DNA of 64,000 nt from Podarcis muralis. Lineage: Eukaryota. The notes beneath the pieces are model-generated. The model was not told the origin of the DNA. It was given only the letters and a program-made list of their open reading frames with translations, and ran no database searches. Both the position numbers and the translations under genes were made by a program. Where the stretch lies: contig NC_135660.1 of assembly GCF_964188315.1 (NCBI RefSeq), forward strand, positions 82,150,001 through 82,214,000, written 5' to 3'. Shown here piece by piece: positions 12,321 to 25,620 of this stretch; positions within the stretch are counted from its first letter, which is position 1; every line of letters begins with the position of its first letter.

Positions 12321-12574
12321 CATGGGTAGGCAAACTAAGGCCTGGGGTCCGGATCCGGCCCAATCACCTTCTAAATCCAGCCTGTGGACAGTGGGAATCA
12401 GCATGTTTTTACATGAGTAGAATGTGTCATTTTACTTAAAATGCATCTCTGGGTTATTTGTGGGGCATTGGAATTCGTTCATCCCCCCCAAAAAATATAT
12501 ATAGTCTGCCCCCCCCCCACAAGGTCTGAGGGACAGTGGACTGGCCCCCTGCTGAAAAAGTTTGCTGACCCCTG
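12321..12574. mobile_element. hAT non-autonomous element
   Basis: TIRs CATGGGTAGGCAAACT / AGTTTGCTGACCCCTG; perfect 8-bp TSD TCCTAGGT at 12313-12320 and 12575-12582. Confidence 0.88.
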
Positions 12575-12704
12575 TCCTAGGTGGTCTAAGGCCAGCCATG
12601 TTTTCTCAAGACTAACTTCTCCCCCCCCCCCCAATCTACAATATGGGGTTGATACAGATTGCAGCAAGGTAATATAGTGAAACACTCTGAACACTCAGAA
12701 AGCA

Positions 12705-13152
12705 TTATTATTATTATTTATTTAATTTATATACTGCCCTATACCCAGGGGTCCCAGGGTGGTTCACAGTTATAAAACCACAAAATACATAATAAAAATA
12801 AAAGCAACAACCCAATAGCTTCCCCCCCCCCCAAAAAAAACCACATTTTAAAAAGGCATAGGCTGTCAGTCAGATCAACCAAAGGCCTGGTTAAAAAGGA
12901 ACATTTTTGCCTGGCACTATAATGAAGGCGCAAGGCGAACCTCCGTGGGAAGAGCATCCCACAGACAGGGAGCCACTACAGAGAAGGCCCGTTCTCGTGT
13001 TGCCACCCTCCAGTCCTCTCAAGGAGGAGGCGTGTAAAGAAGGGCCTCAGAAGATGATCTCAGGGTCCAGGTAGGTTCATATGGAAAGAGGCGGTCCTTG
13101 AGGTATTGCGGTCCTGAGCCATTTAAGGCTTTATAGGTCAAAACCAGCATTC
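12705..13152 (-). mobile_element. L2/CR1-clade LINE 3' fragment
   Basis: (TAA/TAAA)n tail plus RT C-terminal region; same family as 55729-56110 and 61021-61503. Confidence 0.75.
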
Positions 13153-13379
13153 TATAGGCATCCTAAGTGTGATAATGAAGAAAAATGCTACCACTGGAAG
13201 CTACTGCCTGCAAGGAGGCAGGGGCAAGCTCGGCTGCAAGCCAGGGCAATTTTTAAGCCAAAATATGTGGGAATGATTGTAGTTTGGGGGAAGGAGTTGC
13301 TTTGGAAAATGACAGTGCTTATGTGCCAGCGGAATCAATGTTTTGCCACTTCCCTAAACCACATAATTTAATCCACTAG

Positions 13380-13571
<192 letters not shown>

Positions 13572-14343
13572 TAAATGTAAATGAAGAAAATACCGGGGAA
13601 ACACCTATACGAGTGTTGCTTGCTGCAATATCCACATGGTTTACTCCCTTCCTAGGCACCTGCGTAGCAAAGAGCATCATGATAGGCATCCATTTACTGT
13701 ACTGACATACAGTATATCTTCTAAGCCCAAATTAAGGTTCAGGGTGGCTGTTTTTCCTTTGGTCCAAGTAATCAGGAATATGTGAATCATTCGGATGTGC
13801 CCTTCCAGGAATGTCCACACATATCCTGCCCCCACTGGTGTACCCAGTTTCCTTCCTCTCTGCCCATCGCCACAAGAGTGAGCAGTGTGGGCAGAGTGAG
13901 CAGGCTGGTCTGTCAGCTGCTGCTCTGACATAACTCTCTTTCCACTTGCTTTGTTGACTGGGAGAGATCAGCCTCTGCTGCCAGCAATTGCAAGAGATAT
14001 TGACACTTCCCCGCACCTGATTGGCCATCAGCCTAGGAAAGGGAAGTTGGCACTCAAGAATCAGTGGCCTAATATAATAGAACAATAAGAAACTAAAATA
14101 TGTTATATATGTATATGTTGTATTTGAGAGGAGGTGGGCAAGACAGTTGTTCCAAATCTCCTTTATTAACAACCATGCTGGACAAATTATTATGCATCCA
14201 TATAGCTATCAGTGTACACTTGCCCAGGACAAGAAATGCAACTTCATGCACAATATGGATTTGCCTTCTTCGTGCAGAGTCAAAGCCTATGGTGAGCATG
14301 AATTAGCTTATGAGGTTCCGCTGTCTTCCTTTTCTCGGACTAG

Positions 14344-14490
<147 letters not shown>

Positions 14491-14791
14491 TGATGAATCT
14501 TGCCACTAAGCACAACTCTCTAAATGTATCCTGGCTGAAAATGGGGGAAGTGGAGCATGGCCTTTTTTGCTGTTGCCCCATAGTAGGGAATGATCTCTCA
14601 TCCTACTCCTTTTTTCACCATGGTCTTGACATAGTGAAGTTGGTTTGCAGGTAATACTTGCTTTAGACCACGATTGTAATATGCAATATTACTGTAGCTA
14701 ATCTCTTAAACAACCTCTGCTTCTTTAAGTCCATGGTGCACATTGCATGGGAAATATGAGGCTTTAATCGTTTTTTCTTGATCTTCTCTAG

Positions 14792-14940
14792 GCGTTTCTG
14801 AGTGCATCATTATGGGTATCCCAATGAACATTGGAACTGGACTTTTCAAGCTGCTGCATAAAGCTGACAAGGAAGCAGACCCCCCAAGAAGGCCTTTAAT
14901 TTTTGACAACCCCGATTTCCACATTTCCCTTACTACGTAG
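14792..14940 (+). CDS. POLR3A: POLR3A last coding exon (~31), includes stop codon
   Basis: ttctctAG|GC..ACG TAG; 149 nt; (G)[48 protein letters not shown]. Confidence 0.97.
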
Positions 14941-16916
14941 CAGCTGGAGAGCACCAAACAGCAAGCAGATGGCATATTTTAAACTGGAGCTGCATGCCTC
15001 TCTAAGTAGGGTTTGGAGGCTGGATAAGTGAGAGATCATGATGTGCGCAACTGATCCACCACTGCTGCAGGCGTTTATCTTTTGTGTACTTAATCCGCAG
15101 TGAACTTCAGCTGACGGCGTTTGGTTTTTAAAAGCAATAATTTTCCCTGCTACATCAAAAACCTGTAACGTGGATTGTGGGACACCAAATCCCTATGAAA
15201 GGGAAGACGCTTAACGTTTTTGCCTGGATTTCTGTCAGAAGCATTAGCTATAGTAATAGGAAAGATTTCTGCTGCCTCTACCAGCTGTGATAAACATCTG
15301 TCAGAGTGTCCAAAGTAATTTCCAGTTGGATTGATGTCAAATAGGTTGTGTTTGCTGTCATATGTAGTGCATATCCTTTTCTGTTAAAGTTTGCTTCCCA
15401 AGTACACTTTGTGTGGCAACTTCTTAGAAAAGGGGGGGGAGTGGCCCGAGAAATTCTTTATATTTTGGGGCCATTTCACACCATTCCATGTAGATTCCAC
15501 CACAGAGTAACTACAGAAAGAGAGAGGAAGACAGAGGGGTGGGAATCAAAATTGGCTCTGAATGGTAGTGAATTGAATGGGGAGGAGCTATTGGGGGTTA
15601 GCATTGGGATCATGGCCAACACTGATTTTATTTATTAGGAGATTCAGAGAATGATCTTACCTGCTAAAGTTCAGGAGTGCAGGCACTGATACACTGACTA
15701 TTTCTCCAGCTTAATTAATACACAGTTATGTTAATGATGAGCTAATGGGAATGACTGGGAATTGTGCAAGTGGAGGCTGATGGACCCCCCCCCTTTCATT
15801 CTAGTAGACATTCCTTGGGTTTACTCCCCAGAGCAATGATATTCTGTAGGTAAGAAAGCTGCAAAACTCACTTTTGTAACATCTGACACTTTTTATATTG
15901 CTGAATGTTGAAGAGTTTGTGAGTAAAGTTTTTAAGTAAATGAAGGTACTTGGAACCCTTCAATACTTTTATAACAAGTAACATGATGGGGAAAACTAGA
16001 TGAGGAAATGAAGGCAATGCCCCTCTCTCTCCCCACCCTTATTGTTTAAATTATCCCTTTTCAGTTCATATTGATTCATGCGTTTCACGTTGGTCCTAAA
16101 CTACCGTACATTGTTTATCAGAGCAAATGTTTAACTGATTCGCAATTATATTTGTGTGTGCATGTTAGTATCACCCCCAACATAGGAATTAAGGTCATCT
16201 TCTGGTTTGTTTGCTTTTTTCTTAAAGAAAAATGATAACGTACAGCAAACTGCATGATTCTTTTTTTGCTAGGCATAAAGAAACAAATTCTGAATACAAA
16301 GAAAGATAATACGAAAAAATAGTGATAATAAAATAAAACAAAATTGGTAATGCAGCCAGAATAGCATTCATGACCACTCATTTGCTTATTTTCTGGATGC
16401 CTTTTTGAAGGTGAAGACTGTGATGGAGACAGTACTTCAGAGCCTTCCAGATAAAGCCAGACTAGAGTAGAAGCCAGTCCAGAAGATGATCCAGATCTAA
16501 ACATGAACTACCAAATCTCTCCTACCACTAGAGGGAATTGAGTGTAACAACTCATATAAAAGCTGTGCTGAGCTGTTAATAGCACCATGGACTAAAAGGT
16601 ATGAAGCTGGAGTACTAATGAGATGATCCCCCCCCCTAAATTCACTACAAGCTTCTCTGTATTTGGGAGGCTATGGGGCAACAAAGACCACTGTGTGATT
16701 GCAGTTTGTGCTTTGTATGGCAGTTTGCACATACTTCTTTGAGCCAGTAGCGGGTCTGAATGTCAGATCACTATCCCCAGTTTTGTGGATAATGTTATAC
16801 AAGACAGGTTGGTCCTCAGAATCCAGAAGCTTCCAAAAGGAAGTTCCCTTCCAAAATGTGAACAGTTTCATGTAGCATGGGAAAATTTTGCTTTCTTATA
16901 CTGTACTGTAGATGTG

Positions 16917-16922
16917 AATAAA
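16917..16922 (+). terminator. Candidate POLR3A polyadenylation signal
   Basis: AATAAA followed by T- and GT-rich sequence (ttttt..ggtgtgtgtt), about 2 kb after the stop. Other AATAAA hexamers lie at 16327-16337. Usage is not verified. Confidence 0.4.
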
Positions 16923-18266
16923 GATAATTTTTCAAGGTGTGTGTTCAGGGTCATTTACTGATGGAATTCTCTACCTAAAACGGCTGTAAATATTCTTAAC
17001 AAAGCATAACTATTTGAACATTCATGCATACCTAGGGTACCCTGAGACCATTTTGTTGCATTTATGTAACTCGTTAGATCATGCAGAAAGATGAATCCTT
17101 TCCAGTAATCTAAGGGCTGATCCACACATGAACGTTATATGATTGTGGCGACTTTACGTAATGACTTCCTTGTCTCAGTAACTGACACAGATGCGACACC
17201 CCCAGCCACAACCTCCATTTGCCCTATTTACAGTGTTTCTCATGAGCTGTTCCCCACAATTTTGTGTCGATTCATCATGTGATGTGCTTCTATCATGTAT
17301 GAGCCAATCAAAGGATCTTTTCTTCCGGCCCTACATGAATCAGCTGACCATACTCTGCTTGCGCACACACACACACACAATACAGTGCAGAGAATGATCA
17401 TTCTTTGTAGAGATGATGGCTCCCAATTCATAATAGTATGCACCAATAATTATTGTCAGTAAATTTAATACGTTGATTGGAAATGAACCGTCATCTAGCT
17501 TGTCTCTACATTTCCATTCAGCGCTGCTGTCAGCTGGTTTGGGGTTTAAAAAGAGATTGTCGAGCCAGACCCCTCCACCTGCTAAAACAAGGGGTGGAAG
17601 AGTGGAGAACATCAATTCTGACAGGTCCAGATTTTAAGCTGCTGTCATGCACACAGAGCATATGCAGTCTTCAGAAGATCATTCCTGCACAGGGGATTTG
17701 TTATGGGAACTGGGCCCTTGGGAAAGGACAACACAAATGAAACTTCAAGTACAGTTAAGTAAGTTTTCTGCAAACTCTAAAAAAATAAAAACAACTAAAA
17801 GCAAGTCAAACACAAAACAGATTATAGAAGTTGGTCAAAAGGGATGTTAATTTCTTGAAAACCCAAAGCTCTGACAAACTCCTTTGGGGGTGGAGTGTTT
17901 TCTACATATTTCCTCTTATAATCAAACACCAATTTAACTCGGTGTTCTGTAATTCAGCAAAACAATTTTGCTGCTTTGTCTTTGTAAATGCACAAAGGCT
18001 TTGCAAATATGCTGTCTTAACTAACTGGTCTATTGGGCTTAAATAAGGTATTTCTGGTGTGCCCTATGGCAGCAATGTCTACAACTTCAGCACATTCCCT
18101 CATTTTCTGGAAACACTGGGGCAAAAAGCTTTGGGTCCACAGTATCATTCTCTCGTGATCTTTTCTGGTCTTCCCTCCCATACCGCTGCTTGTATAATCC
18201 AGCCTTGACACGATACTTCTATCTAAATCTTTGCATTCCCATCTCATACCCTACAGTTTCCTTTTA

Positions 18267-18398
18267 CAGATGGGTAGCCGTGTTGGTCTGCCATAGTCAA
18301 AACAAAAAAAATTCCTTCCAGTAGCACCTTAAAGACCAACTAAGTTAGTTCTTGGTATGAGCTTTCGTGTGCATGCACACTTCTTCAGATACACTGAA
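18267..18398 (-). mobile_element. Penelope-like element terminal (pLTR) fragment
   Basis: GGGTAGCCGTGTTGGTCTG..GCACCTTAAAGACCAAC..GCTTTCGTG..CTTCTTCAGATAC resembles reptile PLE ends as I recall them, and carries a hammerhead motif. Confidence 0.7.
18355..18392 (-). ncRNA. Minimal type I hammerhead ribozyme motif
   Basis: Minus strand GTAT-CTGAAGA-A-GTGTGCATGCACAC-GAAA-GCT-C-ATAC: stem I 4 bp, complete core, perfect stem II, palindromic AGCT stem III, CUC cleavage triplet. Confidence 0.8.
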
Positions 18399-18946
18399 GA
18401 AATAGAACAGTTTCCTGTTATATTTAGTGTCCTCCCCTCCCCATCCTTATTCTTTACAGAGAACTTTTCTGCCCTCTGGCCTCACATTGGATGTCACTGG
18501 TAGAGACAACACTTCCTCAGAGCGGAGCTACATTAACCACATTGTGCCACTGGCTGACTTTAATTCAGCCATGCAGGTTCATGCTGAACTCTTTCCCTCC
18601 GGGGCAATTTCGCCACAAAAGGAGGGTGGGAGTCCTTTTGTGTACTGCAAGCTGGAATTTGATTGCCATCACAGCTATGACTATTGACTTGAGTGATTTC
18701 CGGCTGTAAACGACCGACTGTGCTGGGAAGCGAGCTTACACTCGGGGTGATAAGATAGAAAGAGACCCGCAAGTTTGCCTCAATAGCGTGTTGCTACGTT
18801 CGCCCCGTGCTTATCATAGTATCCAGGATGCTATGCTGACAGTACTATAGGGTGGCTGTTTATGCATCAGCAAAAAAAGATGGACTTTGTCACCAAAAGG
18901 GGGACAAAGTAAAAATGTAAAATTTCATATGCTTATATATCTAATT

Positions 18947-19288
18947 AGGGGACACAGGTGGCACTGTGGTCTAAACCAGGGAGCCTAGGGCTTGCTGATC
19001 AGAAGGTCGGCAGTTCGAATCCCCACGCGGGGTGAGCTCCCGTTGTTCGGTCCCTGCTCCTGCCAACCTAGCAGTTTGACAAAGTGCAAGTAGATAAATA
19101 GGTACCGCTCCAGCGGGAAGGTAAACGGCGTTTCCATGCGCTGCTCTGGTTCGCCAGAAGTGGCTTAGTCATGCTGGCCACATGACCCGGGAGCTGTACA
19201 CTGGCTCCCTCGGCCAGTAAAAAGCGAGATGAGCACCGCAACCCGAGTCGTTCACGACTGGACCTAACGGTCAGGGGTCCCTTTACCT
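18947..19288 (+). mobile_element. Sauria SINE, full length
   Basis: Head, B box GTTCGAATCCC and tail present; 14-bp TSD TTATATATCTAATT at 18933-18946 and 19289-19302. Confidence 0.93.
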
Positions 19289-20289
19289 TTATATATCTAA
19301 TTGCATGCAAACTCAGAATGATAGTAACTTAGATAGAGACAGGTATTATGCATGTCTGCTGTCCAGGTACTAACTTGAGGGGCAACCCCTGTTTATGTTT
19401 CCTTATGTCTAAAAGAGACTTCGGTTGAACAGCCTTTCAGGGAGAGGACTTTAGTCTGTAAAGTGAGAGATATGGCCACACTACAACCCTATGAAAAGAT
19501 GGGTAGGTATATTGTGTCATTCATGGCCTGGATGCTGGGGGCAAGGCCCAGATGGGGTCGTGGGTATGTACCAGGTGAGGGATGGGGGTCAATAGAAATA
19601 AATATTTGCCATCCCAGCGCTGAGGTTTATTGCCAGAGCGCAACTCTACTGTTTGGGCAATAGAGTAGTGGCTGCCTAGCAACCACATTTAGCTGATACT
19701 GTATTGGGGGGCTGTTCGGCTAAATGTTGCAGGTGTCTTGTTTCTTGCTTGTTATATTTTGCTTTATATAATGTGGTTTTGAACATGATAGAACTGGCTC
19801 CAAGCCTTTGGGACAGGCCAGCATAATAAATAAGCGCCATATTGATAGGTTTTAAAAAGAACTTTAGAGAGGTGTTCCTTTTGGATGAGCAGCGATAATT
19901 TGTACTTCAGGCACAACTGCTTGTAGATAATCATGAATGTATTAGCATGATGTTTAAAGACTGGGCCTTGCTTCAAATTAATATATGGACCCCAAGGCAT
20001 TGCGTGTGTTGCCTGCCAAAAGTTCTTGTAATCTTATGGATGCACATTTTTGAATTATTTTCTCGCCTTTATAGATGATTATCATATTTAATCATGCTGG
20101 GTTTCCTGATATGAACGCCTTTGGAGGAAAGATGCATCGCACCCAAACCCCAAACCTCTTTGCATATCAGTTGCCCTGAATTTGTGGAATATGTGCTTGT
20201 TTATTTTACATAGCAATTAAGAAAATGTCTTTATAGAGCAATAGATGCAGAAAAGGACAGTTCTCTGAAGATAGCAATTCTCCCTCATG

Positions 20290-20810
20290 GATTGGAAGCA
20301 AACATATACAGTGAGGAGCCTTTTGGGAATTATAGGGACAGAACTACCCAAACTATAGAAATTTATTCATGTATGTGACTACAGCAGCAAGAATGTTACT
20401 TGCCCAAAAATGGAAAGAAGAAGTCCCAGCAAAGGAAGAATAGATACAAAAACTTAATGGAATATGCAGAAATGGCAAAACTTACTGGAGAAATAAGAAA
20501 TCAATATAACAAACTTTTTATAAAAGAATGGAAACGGTTTACTGAATATTTACAAACTGTAAACAGATAAGAACATTGACAGGATTATTGGAATAACCTG
20601 CAGTTTTATAAGAGTATATATTTAAAGCAGATGAATAAATGAGCAGATTAAGTTAATTTGGATATGCAGAAAATATTAAAAATTAAGGAACCGCAGAAAC
20701 GGGTGTAAGGAAGTCAAGTTTCGAAATGTTAAAATGATTGTAAATTTATTGAAATGTATAAAACTGAAAATCATAAATAAAATAGGAAAAATATAAAATA
20801 CATTAAAAAA
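20290..20810 (+). mobile_element. L1/Tx1-clade LINE ORF2 C-terminus and 3' UTR, decayed
   Basis: Translates to LFMYVTTAARMLLAQKWKEEVP..MEYAEMAKLT..FIKEWKRFTEYL; A-rich tail. Confidence 0.75.
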
Positions 20811-21217
20811 TAGAAGCACTGTAACTATCCAACTTTACCCCTGAAGGCACACTCTTCCATTGTCTCCCAAGACGGATGCGAACAGTAACGATATGGGGGA
20901 GTGGGGTTTTTAAGTAAAAATGTTACTTCATCATAGATATACATAATATTTTACTAAGGAATTACACTTATTGCATTAGCTTATGTAATTTATTCATAAA
21001 TGCTCAGTGTGTCCAATGTGTTCCAAGGCACTTTCTCTTTTCGGGATGAGGGGGGGGGGTGATCAGGGGTTATTTCCTTGACAATGGGTTGAAAGCAACA
21101 GGAAGCATCTCCTGAACTTTTTCCCTTGATGAAGAAGTATTTCCTTGAAATGGGATCTCTCTGGCCACTATTAAAAAGTAGTTGTCAACAGTGCCCCACC
21201 ACAACCACTCTGTGTAC

Positions 21218-21770
21218 TAAAATTTTACACATCACTTGGGAAGACAGGCAAACTAATACCAGTGTACTGGAAGAAGCAAAGATCACCAGTGTCGAAGCAA
21301 TAGTTCTTCAACATCAACTTCGTTGGACTGGTCATGTTGTGCGGATGCCTGATGATCGTCTTCCAAAGCAACTACTCTATTCCGAACTTAAAAATGGAAA
21401 GCGTAATGCTGGTGGTCAACAAAAGAGGTTTAAAGACTGCCTCAAGGCAAATCTTAAAAAATGTAGTCTAAACACTGACAACTAGGAAACACTGGCCTGC
21501 GAGCGCTCCAGTTGGAGAACTGCCTTTACTAAAGGTGTGCTTTGAAGACACTCGATCTCAAGATGCAAGGGAGAAACATGCTAAGAGGAAGGCACACTTG
21601 GTAAAACCACATCGGGGTCAACTCCCGTCTGGAAACCAATGTCCCCACTGTGGAAGGATGTGCGGATCCAGAATTGGCCTCCACAGACACTTACGGACTC
21701 ACTGTTAAAACCGTGTTTATGGAAGACAATCTTACTCAGCTATGAGTGATCGCCAAAGAAGAAGAAGAAG
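21218..21770 (+). mobile_element. RTE-clade LINE, 5'-truncated 3' end
   Basis: LHITWEDRQTNTSVLEEA..QLRWTGHVVRMPDDRLPKQLLYSELK; C-terminal CPHC..H zinc finger; (GAA)n tail. Confidence 0.92.
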
Positions 21771-22729
21771 GTCCATATTCTTGGTGACCATTGGTGGGGT
21801 TGTAGAGACCCATCATAGGACGATGACTGGCTCTGGACAATACAACTTCATAGCAGGTGAGGTATGGAGAACTTGCCCACCAGGCTATATTTCCATGGCA
21901 ACTGTAAATGTGTTCTAAATCTCATGCCATGGGATTTTTGTACTACTTTGTACAAAAATATTTCCTCCACATGCAAAGCTAGGCGTCAGGTTGTAGCCTA
22001 GTGTCCTCCCTGACATCAGGGGATGGGTGGATGCGATCTGGTTCGCCCAAAAATTAATTGGGCTTTTTGAGTGTTCAAGTAAAAATTTTCAAAACAAAAC
22101 AAAAACAACTCTGGAATGGTTTTCTGAGCATTTGACATTAACACCCAAAAAGCTTTTCCATCTCCACCATTTTGTTCTGTAAATCATCATAAATCTGTCT
22201 GTCTGTCTCTTTAAAAATTGTATACCACCCTTCATCCGAAAATCTCAGGGTGGTTCACAGCATAAAAATACAAGCTAAAAGCAAACACAAAATACAGAAT
22301 GAAAACAAGAAGAAAAACAAAACAAAACAATAATGTCCCCCAAGTCCTAAACCAGTAACATCTACCATCCCACTCTGCAATTGCAATGATTACCCAATTG
22401 GTAAACATATATTGAAATGAAAAAGTGGGTGAGAAGGGGAGATTCCACCTTTAAAAACTGTTTATCCAACTTCTCTATGGGAATGCAAAATGGCAATGAT
22501 TCAGGTATGCTAAGTGATCACCTACCACATACTTAGGGTTTTAAAAAATTATATTAATCCCAACTGCTCTCCATTTAGTACCTTTAGCATCTCTGCAGTC
22601 CTTTGCAAACAGTAAAAAAAGGACAAGTGCTGGTGTAACATTGAAGCTAAGAGAATGATCTGTGGTCCAGCTCAATGGTTGAAATCTTACAGCCATAAAC
22701 TTATTAGGTGGTCTTAAGGAAGGCATATA

Positions 22730-22947
22730 CAGTGGTACCTCAGGTTAAGTACTTAATTCGTTCCGGAGGTCTGTTCTTAACCTGAAACTGTTCTTAACCT
22801 GAAGCATCACTTTAGCTAATGGGGCCTCCTGCTGCCGCCGGAGCATGATTTCTGTTCTCATCCTGAAGCAAAGTTCTTAACCCGAGGTATTATTTCTGGG
22901 TTAGCGGAGTCTGTAACCTGAAGCGTATGTAACCCGAGATACCACTG
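22730..22947. mobile_element. Tc1/mariner-superfamily MITE, family 1
   Basis: TA|CAGTGGTACCTC..GAGATACCACTG|TA; near-identical to 1255-1496. Confidence 0.9.
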
Positions 22948-23482
22948 TATATATTCTCAGTCTCAGCTGCCCATCCAAAATGTGGGGATAATAATACTGG
23001 CTTACTTTCAATGGTTACTGTGTTACAAGACAATTGTGATGATAATAGTTTGTGTGCTATATAGATGCATTTATACAAGTTGCCACCAAAACATCACTTA
23101 AAGCAAAATTCAAAGACGAGGGTTCTCTTCAGAAGAAACAACTTGGGCAAGAAAGTTGCAGTGAGACCAGATTTCTTTTTATGTTTGTTCATCAGCACAT
23201 CACAAATAATAGGAGAGGTCCTTGGGACCAGCTTGAGCTGCCAATTGCCTATAATGTCCTATATTTTCAATGTTACAGATGAAGGCTGGAAAACCCATCA
23301 CAGCGATACAGTTTTTTGCAGCCTCCTCCTGGTTAGAACAGCTATTAGGTTGGAGTGGAAAATGGGAAGTGGGACAGAAGCTGGCAGGCAATCTAAGGCG
23401 GAGGTTGGCAGGTCTCTGGCTTCTTGAAGTTCTTGTAAAAACCAAAACTGGATCCAAGATCAGGGCAGAGCCAACATGTTGT

Positions 23483-23543
23483 CATAGAACTGTAGAGTTG
23501 GAAGGGGCCCTGATGATCATCTCGTCCAACCCCCTGCAATGCC
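23483..23543 (-). mobile_element. CR1-type 3' tail fragment
   Basis: Reverse complement of GGTTGGAC..ATGATC..CCCTTCCAACTCTACAGTTCTATG. Confidence 0.65.
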
Positions 23544-23825
23544 TGAAGGTTTGGACTAGAGCTGCCATCAGTCCCAGCTAGCAAGACCAATTGTCATGGA
23601 TGATGGGAGTTGTAGTCAACAATATCTGGATGGCACTATGTTGACTATCCCTGCTCAGGATCTACCATCCAGACCAAGGCAACTGCAATGAAAGAACAGG
23701 CTATCTCTGAGCACATACGGAGTCCAGGAACTTGTTGTCAGTACCAGATCTTAACTGAGCTCAGAGTCCTTTCCATGCAAAAGTCTAATCCCAATTAGCA
23801 TTCTTCATTTCACCAGCCTAATTTA

Positions 23826-24041
23826 GGCCCCATCTGCACTATGCATTTAAAGCAGTACCATACCACTATAAATAGCGCTTCCCCCAAAGAATCCTGAGAA
23901 CTAGTTGTGAAGAGTGTTGAGAGTTGTTAGGTGACCCTTATTCCACTCTTAACAAACTACAGTCCCCATGATTCTTTGGGAGGAGCCATGCCTATTTAAA
24001 GTGGTATGATATTGCTTTAAATACATAGGGCAGATGGGGAC
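23826..24041. mobile_element. PIF/Harbinger-type MITE
   Basis: TIRs GGCCCCATCTGCACTATG / CATAGGGCAGATGGGGAC (16/18 match); TTA on both flanks. Confidence 0.7.
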
Positions 24042-24999
24042 TTAGGTGGAAACAGTGGTTTTTCGATTGCTATTGTTAAGCAGTTAGAATCAGAAATCCT
24101 TGCCGATCTATGGCAAATCGCCTAGAAATCTACCAATAAATCCTGGTCTACCTTCTGTCCACCCCAGTGTAGGTGATGAGAAGAACAAAAAGGGGACAGG
24201 AAATACTGCAGGCAGAGTGACTTGAGGGAGGCTAGTGTGCACATGCACCATACAGTGTCATTCTCTGCTGCTATCTGTGCATCTGTTGTGATTTTTAAAA
24301 GCACAACCGTGAGACTCCTTCATTTTGACAAAGTTATTTTCCACAAGATGAGCTTAAAAAGGGAACTGCTTCCAGTCATACTTCAGTCAATCTGTCAGCT
24401 CATGCAAGTTGGAACAGGATGAGACTGTGTAATATGTGGCAGAAGAAGTCATTCAAATGTCACTTGTGGGAATGCAGATGTAATTCGGTGGTCAGGCATG
24501 TGTATGACTGCTTGAGACCTCTGGTCCCATGCTCAGCCTTTCCATGCCTGGAACTAAGAGATTTAGAGCCCTGTATAAGGTATCTACCCTGGTTGCCCTG
24601 GGCTTCCCACAGTGACACAGAAGAGCTTGGATGATCATGATAATTTATTTATACCCTGCCCATCCGGCTGGGTTTCCCCAGGATTTCCTTCTCTGTGACT
24701 ATACCTGCTTACCTCATGTTGTGACCTGTTGAGGTTAGTTGCTCTAGGAGCAGTTCATGGGAAATGTTGGGTTCTCAGTTTGCAACCCGGAGACTCTCCC
24801 CTTGCTTTTTAAATCTCTTGAATCAGGAATGCTAGTTTTTCCTATCCATTACCATCCTCCCATCTCAGTCTCCATGCAGGTGTTGTACGCCTGAAGCCCT
24901 CTTAATTTTAACAAGAGGGGGCACAGATGATAGGCTGGAGGGCGAACATGTGGATAAAACATGGTTTGACTCCAAATTGAGCAGATGATGATGATGATG

Positions 25000-25620
25000 A
25001 TGAATATTAGCCCACCCTTCACTCTAAGGTCCCAGGACAGGTCACAACATTAGAACACTATTAAAAACACTTTAAAGCAACTTGCAATCACAAAAATAAG
25101 GTGAGTCCTAAAAATATATAGCTCAAGTGTCAAAAGCCAGGCTAAAAAGGTGCATCTTCAACATTTGCCAGAAGATGTATTATGAAGGTGCCACCTCAGA
25201 AGGGAAGGAGGTCCACAATTTAGGAATGCCACAGAGAATGCGCTTTCCTGGACCAAACCTATCCCCTGAGCCTCTGAGGACAGAAGAACCAACAAGAGGA
25301 TGCTTCTATCAATCTTAGCACCTGAGAAGGTCCATAGGGAAGGAGGCAGTTTTTCAGATATTTGGGGCCTAAGTCATTTACAGCTTTAAATACTAGCATG
25401 AGCACCTTGAATTGGGCCCTGAAACAAACTGGCAATTAGTGCAGCTGTTTTAAAACACCAGTTATCTGAGATCTAAATGGAACCTCAACCAGACACCTGG
25501 CTTCTGCATGTTGGTCCAATTGAAGCTTAAGAGTCCTCTTCAAGGGCGCACGTAGAGTGCATTGCAATAACCCAGCCTGGAAGTTACAGGAGCATGGTGT
25601 ACAGTGGCAAAGTCATCTCT
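25000..25620 (-). mobile_element. L2-clade LINE 3' fragment, old
   Basis: Decayed similarity to the other L2 3' ends in the window; (ATC)n tail near 24985. Confidence 0.55.
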
